Below, piece after piece: positions 55,874 to 61,301 of a stretch of 61,301 nt of DNA. The notes beneath the pieces were generated by a model that was given only the letters and a program-made list of their open reading frames with translations, did no database searches and was not told the origin of the DNA. The stretch is from contig JAVKHO010000017.1 in assembly GCA_031459915.1 (NCBI GenBank), positions 1 through 61,301 on the forward strand. Direction: 5' to 3'. The stretch comes from Candidatus Tepidifontimicrobium thermophilum (GTDB taxonomy: Bacteria > Sysuimicrobiota > Sysuimicrobiia > Sysuimicrobiales > Sysuimicrobiaceae). How positions within the stretch are numbered: position 1 is the stretch's first letter; each line of letters starts with the position of its first letter. Made by a program: the position numbers and the translations under genes.

Positions 55874-56166
55874 AGCGGTTTCTGGCCCGCGTGGCGGAGC
55901 GCTTTCCCCTCGAGCGGGCGATCCTGTTCGGGTCCCGCGCCCGGGGCACCGAGCTCGTGGACAGCGACTACGACCTCGTGCTCGTCTCGAAGGGCTTCGA
56001 AGGGTTGACCTGGCAGGAGCGGGCCGCCGCGGTGCTAGAGCTGTGGGAGCTGGATGTGGACCTCCAGCCCCTGTGCTACACCCCCGAGGAGTTCGCGCGG
56101 AAGTCGCAGCAGATCAGCACGGCAGCAGAAGCCGCTCGGGAAGGCGTAGAGGTCTACCGCCGGTAG
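55840..56166 (+). CDS. Minimal nucleotidyltransferase (MNT)
   Basis: AILFGSRARG...DSDYDLVLVS, DVD...YTPEEF. Confidence 0.92.
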   Translation: MGHLGVDRAALERFLARVAERFPLERAILFGSRARGTELVDSDYDLVLVSKGFEGLTWQERAAAVLELWELDVDLQPLCYTPEEFARKSQQISTAAEAAREGVEVYRR

Positions 56167-58211
56167 AGCCACCGGTAGATTCCGTAGGACTCGAGGACCC
56201 GCTTGACGTACGCGCGGGTCTCGGCGTACGGGATGGACTCGACGAACTCGTCCACGCCCGCGCCGCGGAGGTTGAGGAAGCGGCGGGCGGCTCCCGGGCC
56301 CGCGTTGTAGGCCACCAGGGCGGTCACCACGTCTCCGTGGAACTCCCGCAGGCGCCCCGCCAGGTAAGCGGTGCCGAGCCGGATGTTGGCCTCCGGGTCC
56401 GTGAGAAGGTCCGGCCGGGCAGAGGGGTCGATGCCGCGTGCGGTGGACGGCAGGAGCTGCATCAGCCCCACCGCGCCCGCGGGCGAGACCGCGTCGGCGC
56501 GGAACCGGCTCTCCTCCCGTATGACGGCCAGCACCAGCAGTGGATCCACACCTTGGACCTCCGACCACCGCCACACCACCTCGCGGTGAGCCAGGGGGTA
56601 AGCCAGCCTCCACAGCTCCGCTTCGGTACCGGCCGCTTGGGGTATCCACGGAGCCGTGGCGGCCTCCGCGGCGGCCACGCTGCCCGTGAGGTCCCCGTCC
56701 ATGGCCCGGGCCCACGCCGCCAGTCTGCGCAGGGGCCGGGACTGAGCTGACCTGAGGACCTCTTCGGCCGCCTCCGCCGCTTCCCGGTACCGTCCGAGGG
56801 ATGCCAGCTCCACCGGCGCGGGCGCGAACCGGTCGGCTGGAAGCACCGTCTGCCCGCCTTCAGCCGGTGGGGCTGGAGGCCCGAGGCCCAGACGCTCGCG
56901 GGCCCGCTGGCCGTAGTAGGAGTGCGGGTAGCGCTCGGCCACCCGGCGCAGGAGGGCGCGGCTTTCCAGACCCTGGCGGGCACGGCTTGCTGCGGCCCAG
57001 TACAGGCTCGCCGCAGCCCACGGACTTCCAGGGTCGTCCGCAGCCGCCTGAGTCCAGAACCGCTCCGCGCTGCGGTACTGCCGCTGCCGGTAGCGGAGCC
57101 ACCCGCGTTCCCACCGCGCCCGGCCGCCCAGAGCCGTGGACGGGAAGTTGTGAGCCAGCTGGGCCCAGTACCCGTCTGCCTCAGCGAGCCGCCCGCGTTG
57201 TTGGGCGTGCGCGGCCAGACCGACCAGGGCGCGGGCAGCCCAGCCGCTCCGCGGGAGCTCGCGCACCAGGCCCCGCCACACGTGGACGCCTTCGGCGTCC
57301 CGGCCGAGGCGGACCAGGATCACGCCCGTCCAGTACCGCGCCTGCGCCCGGTACCGAGGGTGGGCCGCGGCCCGGCGCAAAGCCGGAAGACCCTCTGTAC
57401 CCCCGGCGATCACACCGACCTGCAGCCACGCCTCCGCCTCCAGGGCCCCCGTCAGCCCCTGGCTCAAAGCCGCCCGCCATTCCTCCAGCTGGGCCCGCGG
57501 GTCCTGCAGCCTGCGGGCCCGCTCCGCCCGCGCCAGGGCGGGTGGTACCGGCATCCGCCCCGCCAGCCTCCGGAGGTCGGTTTCTGCTTCGCGGGACGCC
57601 GCTGTCCCCGGGAAGCCCCACCACGCCATGGTGTAGCGCCACCGCGCCTTTTGCTGGCGGCCCGCGGCCTCCGAAGCGCGGCCGAGAAGCCTCCAGGCCG
57701 CCGCCCGTCCCTCGTCGTCCGCGGCGTGGCGCAAGGCGAGGTGTGCGTACCGCTCCGCCGCTGCGGCGTCCTTCGCTCTCCGCGAAGCCTCGGACAGCAG
57801 GAGGTACCCGCGGGCGCGCGCCCGGGGCGGGAGGGCTAACTGCACGGCGTGCTCCAGACGCCGGACAGCGCCTTCCAAATCCCCCGCTGCGAGCGCTGCC
57901 TGTCCCGCCCACAGGAGCGCGTAGGGCGCGAGGGTCGGGTGGCTTGAGCCGCGGTCCAGCAGTGCTACAGCTTCCCCGAACCGGCGGCCCTCCAGGAAGC
58001 AAAGACCCAGCCGGAGGGCTGCCCGCAGGCCGGCCGGGCCTGGCGTTGCAGCCAGGCGCCGCAGCTCGGTGGACGCGGCACAACCGCCCCGCAACGGCTC
58101 CGGCACCTGCACAGCGGCCCGCGCCGACGTGCCCACGACCAGCAGCGCCGCAGCCGCTAGCGCCGCTAGCTTCCGGGCAGCTGCTGTGGGTGGGCGAGGA
58201 TGTCCTGCCAC
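56154..58211 (-). CDS. Soluble lytic transglycosylase (TPR-like repeats plus SLT domain); start uncertain
   Basis: IREESRF, SPAGAVGLMQL, AYNAGPG, IPYAETRAYVKRV. Confidence 0.92.
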   Translation of the reverse strand: MAGHPRPPTAAARKLAALAAAALLVVGTSARAAVQVPEPLRGGCAASTELRRLAATPGPAGLRAALRLGLCFLEGRRFGEAVALLDRGSSHPTLAPYALLWAGQAALAAGDLEGAVRRLEHAVQLALPPRARARGYLLLSEASRRAKDAAAAERYAHLALRHAADDEGRAAAWRLLGRASEAAGRQQKARWRYTMAWWGFPGTAASREAETDLRRLAGRMPVPPALARAERARRLQDPRAQLEEWRAALSQGLTGALEAEAWLQVGVIAGGTEGLPALRRAAAHPRYRAQARYWTGVILVRLGRDAEGVHVWRGLVRELPRSGWAARALVGLAAHAQQRGRLAEADGYWAQLAHNFPSTALGGRARWERGWLRYRQRQYRSAERFWTQAAADDPGSPWAAASLYWAAASRARQGLESRALLRRVAERYPHSYYGQRARERLGLGPPAPPAEGGQTVLPADRFAPAPVELASLGRYREAAEAAEEVLRSAQSRPLRRLAAWARAMDGDLTGSVAAAEAATAPWIPQAAGTEAELWRLAYPLAHREVVWRWSEVQGVDPLLVLAVIREESRFRADAVSPAGAVGLMQLLPSTARGIDPSARPDLLTDPEANIRLGTAYLAGRLREFHGDVVTALVAYNAGPGAARRFLNLRGAGVDEFVESIPYAETRAYVKRVLESYGIYRWLYRR

Positions 58212-60694
58212 GGGTCCCCCCGCTGCCGCAACCGCTCCGGTACCGTCCTCGCGTTCCACTGCAGGGGGTCGAACCCTGCCCGCAGTTCGTCCCAGGTCAC
58301 CGGAACGCTGACGGTGGCCTGCGGCGTCGGCCGGAGGCTGTAGGCCACCGCCAGGGTCTTGCCCCGCACGTTCTGGTTGTAGTCCAGGAACACCTTCCCC
58401 ACCCGGTCCCGGACCCTCCACGCCACCGTGAGTACGTCCGGGTGCCGCTGGCTCAGCCACCCGCACACGGTCTTGGCGAAGGCGTGCGTCTCGCGGTACG
58501 TGTAGGTGCGGCGGACGGGGACGAACACGTGCAGTCCCGTCTTGCCCGAGGTCTTCACGAAGGCCCGAAGCCCCAGACCCGACAGCACCTCCTCCAGCCA
58601 CAGGGCCGCCTGCCGGGCCGCCTCAAACCCCCGGCGGGAGTACTCGGGGTCGTACTCGCGCCCGCGGCGGCGCAGCCCCTCTCCTTCCGGGAGGAGGAAC
58701 GGGTCCAGGTCCAACACCACGAAGTCCGGGTAGTTCAGGACGCTCCGCTCCAACGCTTCCTCCGACCCGGAGAACTCGGTGGAAGCTGCGAGGTCGGGGA
58801 TCGGGCTGGTGCGGGAGAACCACGCGTGCAGCTCGATGCAGCCCATCTGCACCAGCCACAGCAAAGTAGGTTCCTCCCCGCCCACCACCGCGGTCACGTC
58901 CCGGCCCCCCTGGTCGGACCACAGCCGCACCGTGCGTACGAAGGGCGGCGCGTCCGGCACGTCCTTCTGGAAGAAGTCCGGACCGTGGATCCCCTCCGGG
59001 AAGCGGCGCAGGGTCAGGGGGCGGTCCTGTAGGTGCGGGAGGATCCACGGTGCTACCGCCCGGTAGTAGGCCACCACGTCGCCCTTGGTGAGTCCCGCCT
59101 CGGGGAAGTACAGTTTGTCGAGGTTCGTGAACGCTACGGGCACCGACGCCTCCGGGACCCACACGTCGCCCGCACTCCGGTCCTCCCGCACCCGCACGAA
59201 CACCGGGAACCGCAGCTTCCCGTCCGGCGTGCGGCCTGCGTGCTCCACCTCCACCACCAGCTGGGGCCGCACCCACCGCACGGGTTGAGGGACGTCCGGG
59301 GCAGGCGACAGGGGGCAGTTCTGAACCTCCAGGCGTTCCAGCACGGCCCGCAGCCGGCGCACGTCGTCGTCCGTGAACCCGCCCCCCACCTGTCCCACGT
59401 GTACCAGGCGTCCAGAAGCGTCGTGCTGCGCCAGCACCAGGGCCCCGAAGCTGGCCTCTCGGTGGCCGCGGCCACGGGTGAACCCCACCACCACCGCCTC
59501 CTCCGTGTGCCGGGCCTTGACCTTCAACCACCGGTCGCTGCGGACCCCCGGAAGGTAAGGGGAGTCCGCACGCTTGGCCACCACGCCTTCCAGCCCGTGG
59601 GCTCGCACCGCGGCGAACAGGGCCGTGCCGTCGCCGCGCACCGCGTCCCCGCGGAGCAGGGGCGGCTCCAGCGAAATCCCTTCCAGGACCCGGCGCCGCT
59701 CCTGGAAAGGACTGGGCCGCAGGTCCCGGCCAGCCCAGTACAGCACGTCGAACACCACGTACCGCACAGGGATCCCTCGCACCGCGCGCCGGACCTCCTC
59801 GCGGTCCGTCAGGTGCATCCGCTGCTGCAGCCGCGCGAAGTCCGGCCGTCCGGACTCGTCCGGTGCGATCACCTCGCCGTCCAGCACGCACGGGGGAAGC
59901 TGTGACAGGGCCTCCACCAGTTCCGGGTACCGGTCCCCCACAGGTCGGAGCGACCGGTTCAGCAGCTGCACTGCGCCGGGGCGGACGAAGGCCAGCACGC
60001 GAACCCCGTCCCACTTGGGCTCGAAGTACCACCCGGGGTCGTCGAAGGGCTCGGGAGCGCTTTCCGCCAGCATGGGCGGGAACGGCTCGGGGAACGGGTC
60101 TTCCGGCGGGTCCTCCGTTGCGGGCTCGCCGCGGCGGATCTCCGCCACCGTGCGGCCGCTGAGCACCGACCGCGTCCCGGACGGGTCGTAGCCCGGCACC
60201 GCGTACGCGTCCCTGGCCTTGAACAGCAGCCAGTCCCTGCCCCCGTGGCGCCTCGTGCGGACCAGGTGGAACTCGCCCCGCAGCTTGTGGCCGTGCAGGA
60301 CCAGGGTGAGCTTTCCCCTGCGGAACGCCTCGGCGGGGTCGCCCTCCAGACACTGGTAGGTGCCCCGGTCCCACACCATCACCGTGCCCGCCCCGTAGTT
60401 GCCAGGGGGGATTGTGCCCTCGAAGTCCGCGTACTCCAGGGGGTGGTCCTCCACCAGCACCGCGAGCCGCTTCACCGCGGGATCTAGAGAAGGGCCCTTG
60501 GGCACCGCCCACGACCGGAGAACCCCTTCCATCTCGAGGCGGAAGTCCCAGTGCACGGTGCGGGCGTGGTGCTCGTGCACCACAAACCGCAGGCCGGAGG
60601 ACGGCCCCGCCCCAGCCCCCTCGGGCTCCGGGGTCCGGTCGAAGCGACGCTTCCGGCGGTAGGGCTCGAGGTTTTCGGTGGCCCGCCGCTCCAC
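58166..60694 (-). CDS. ligD: NHEJ DNA ligase D (phosphoesterase-ligase-polymerase)
   Basis: HWDFRLE..SWAVPKGP, EPKWDG, EGVVAKR, WLKVK, TNLDKLYFP, DLDP, KTSGKTGLH. Confidence 0.96.
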   Translation of the reverse strand: MERRATENLEPYRRKRRFDRTPEPEGAGAGPSSGLRFVVHEHHARTVHWDFRLEMEGVLRSWAVPKGPSLDPAVKRLAVLVEDHPLEYADFEGTIPPGNYGAGTVMVWDRGTYQCLEGDPAEAFRRGKLTLVLHGHKLRGEFHLVRTRRHGGRDWLLFKARDAYAVPGYDPSGTRSVLSGRTVAEIRRGEPATEDPPEDPFPEPFPPMLAESAPEPFDDPGWYFEPKWDGVRVLAFVRPGAVQLLNRSLRPVGDRYPELVEALSQLPPCVLDGEVIAPDESGRPDFARLQQRMHLTDREEVRRAVRGIPVRYVVFDVLYWAGRDLRPSPFQERRRVLEGISLEPPLLRGDAVRGDGTALFAAVRAHGLEGVVAKRADSPYLPGVRSDRWLKVKARHTEEAVVVGFTRGRGHREASFGALVLAQHDASGRLVHVGQVGGGFTDDDVRRLRAVLERLEVQNCPLSPAPDVPQPVRWVRPQLVVEVEHAGRTPDGKLRFPVFVRVREDRSAGDVWVPEASVPVAFTNLDKLYFPEAGLTKGDVVAYYRAVAPWILPHLQDRPLTLRRFPEGIHGPDFFQKDVPDAPPFVRTVRLWSDQGGRDVTAVVGGEEPTLLWLVQMGCIELHAWFSRTSPIPDLAASTEFSGSEEALERSVLNYPDFVVLDLDPFLLPEGEGLRRRGREYDPEYSRRGFEAARQAALWLEEVLSGLGLRAFVKTSGKTGLHVFVPVRRTYTYRETHAFAKTVCGWLSQRHPDVLTVAWRVRDRVGKVFLDYNQNVRGKTLAVAYSLRPTPQATVSVPVTWDELRAGFDPLQWNARTVPERLRQRGDPWQDILAHPQQLPGS

Positions 60695-60970
60695 GGGTCC
60701 AGTGTAGGTGGCAGCTGCGGCGCCCTGCTACCCGCCGCAGCTTTACTTGCCGGGGCAGAGCGCTCCTGCGCTGACACGCTCCCGTGGCGCGGGAGCAGGC
60801 GCGGCCACCGCGATGACCGCGCCACGTGGACACCCGCTTGAGCGCACTGCAGGGGACGCGCGGGGAATCCGCAGGCTCCTCCAGGAATCCCTCGAAGTAC
60901 GGAGGCACTGGCTAGCCGCGCGAGCAGTCCGCCTGTCAACTCCGCGGGAACCCGGGGAAGAACGGCTGGG

Positions 60971-61301
60971 TTACAGGATCCCCCGGGACACCAGCTGCCC
61001 CGTGGCCCAGAGCCCCGTGCGGGCGCCCAGGAGGAGACCCAGTGCGTACAGCCAGCCCTCCACCCGCAGGGTGGCCACGGTGCTCCAGAAGCCGGAGACG
61101 TTGCAGCCCACCGCCACCCACACCGCCAAGCCCATCACAACGCCCCCCGCAAACCCCACGGCGGCGTCCCGCAGCCGCCAGGGACGGAAGCCCACGAACT
61201 CTCCGCTCAACAGGGCCGCGGTGAGGCTGCCGAGGATCAGGCCCGCGTCCAGGTGGAAGCCGGGGTCCAGGGCGGGCAGGCGGGCTCCCCAGAACTGGGT
61301 C
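60971..61301 (-). CDS. YeeE/YedE sulfur-compound transporter, 3' part (runs off window)
   Basis: GLILGSLTAALLSGEF, GGVVMG....GCNVSGFWS. Confidence 0.8.
   Translation of the reverse strand, partial: TQFWGARLPALDPGFHLDAGLILGSLTAALLSGEFVGFRPWRLRDAAVGFAGGVVMGLAVWVAVGCNVSGFWSTVATLRVEGWLYALGLLLGARTGLWATGQLVSRGIL

Noticed and set aside
60707..60970. Intergenic region upstream of ligD: hairpin AGCTGCGGCG/CGCCGCAGCT (~60713-60742) and a short frame starting VPPYFEGFLEE
   Set aside because: Could be a terminator or gene remnant, but there is no U-tract on the relevant strand and no family I can support; it is not Ku-like.

Overview
High-GC bacterial chromosomal window, mostly housekeeping genes. It holds a 5' fragment of tuf, four tRNAs, folP-folE, hisC and a Liv-type ABC transporter. 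A ~27 kb co-oriented minus-strand block runs MNT/HEPN-like fusion, sigma54 activator, rpoN, Nfu_N, gatCAB, gabT, dnaE, polA, Nudix-MOSC, coaE, PIN pseudogene, uvrB, VOC, uvrA, lhr. Also present are uvrC, a TRAP-arginase pair, redox genes, cobB, an ApbE/ferric-reductase/two-component locus, rlmD, a HEPN-MNT pair, an SLT transglycosylase, ligD and part of a YeeE/YedE gene. I saw no integrase, transposase or CRISPR array. Most notable: (1) an intact gene fusing an MntA-like antitoxin to a HepT/DUF86-like toxin, with both active sites degenerate, divergent from a LysR gene and its box; (2) a sigma54 with a Cys4 motif next to a GAFTSA activator; (3) an MTH1-like Nudix-MOSC fusion coupled to polA; (4) an ApbE flavinylation locus with two unknown small membrane proteins; (5) recurrent leaderless-type -10 boxes; (6) tuf breaking into unrelated sequence near position 51. 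All calls come from motif recognition by eye; no database searches were run.
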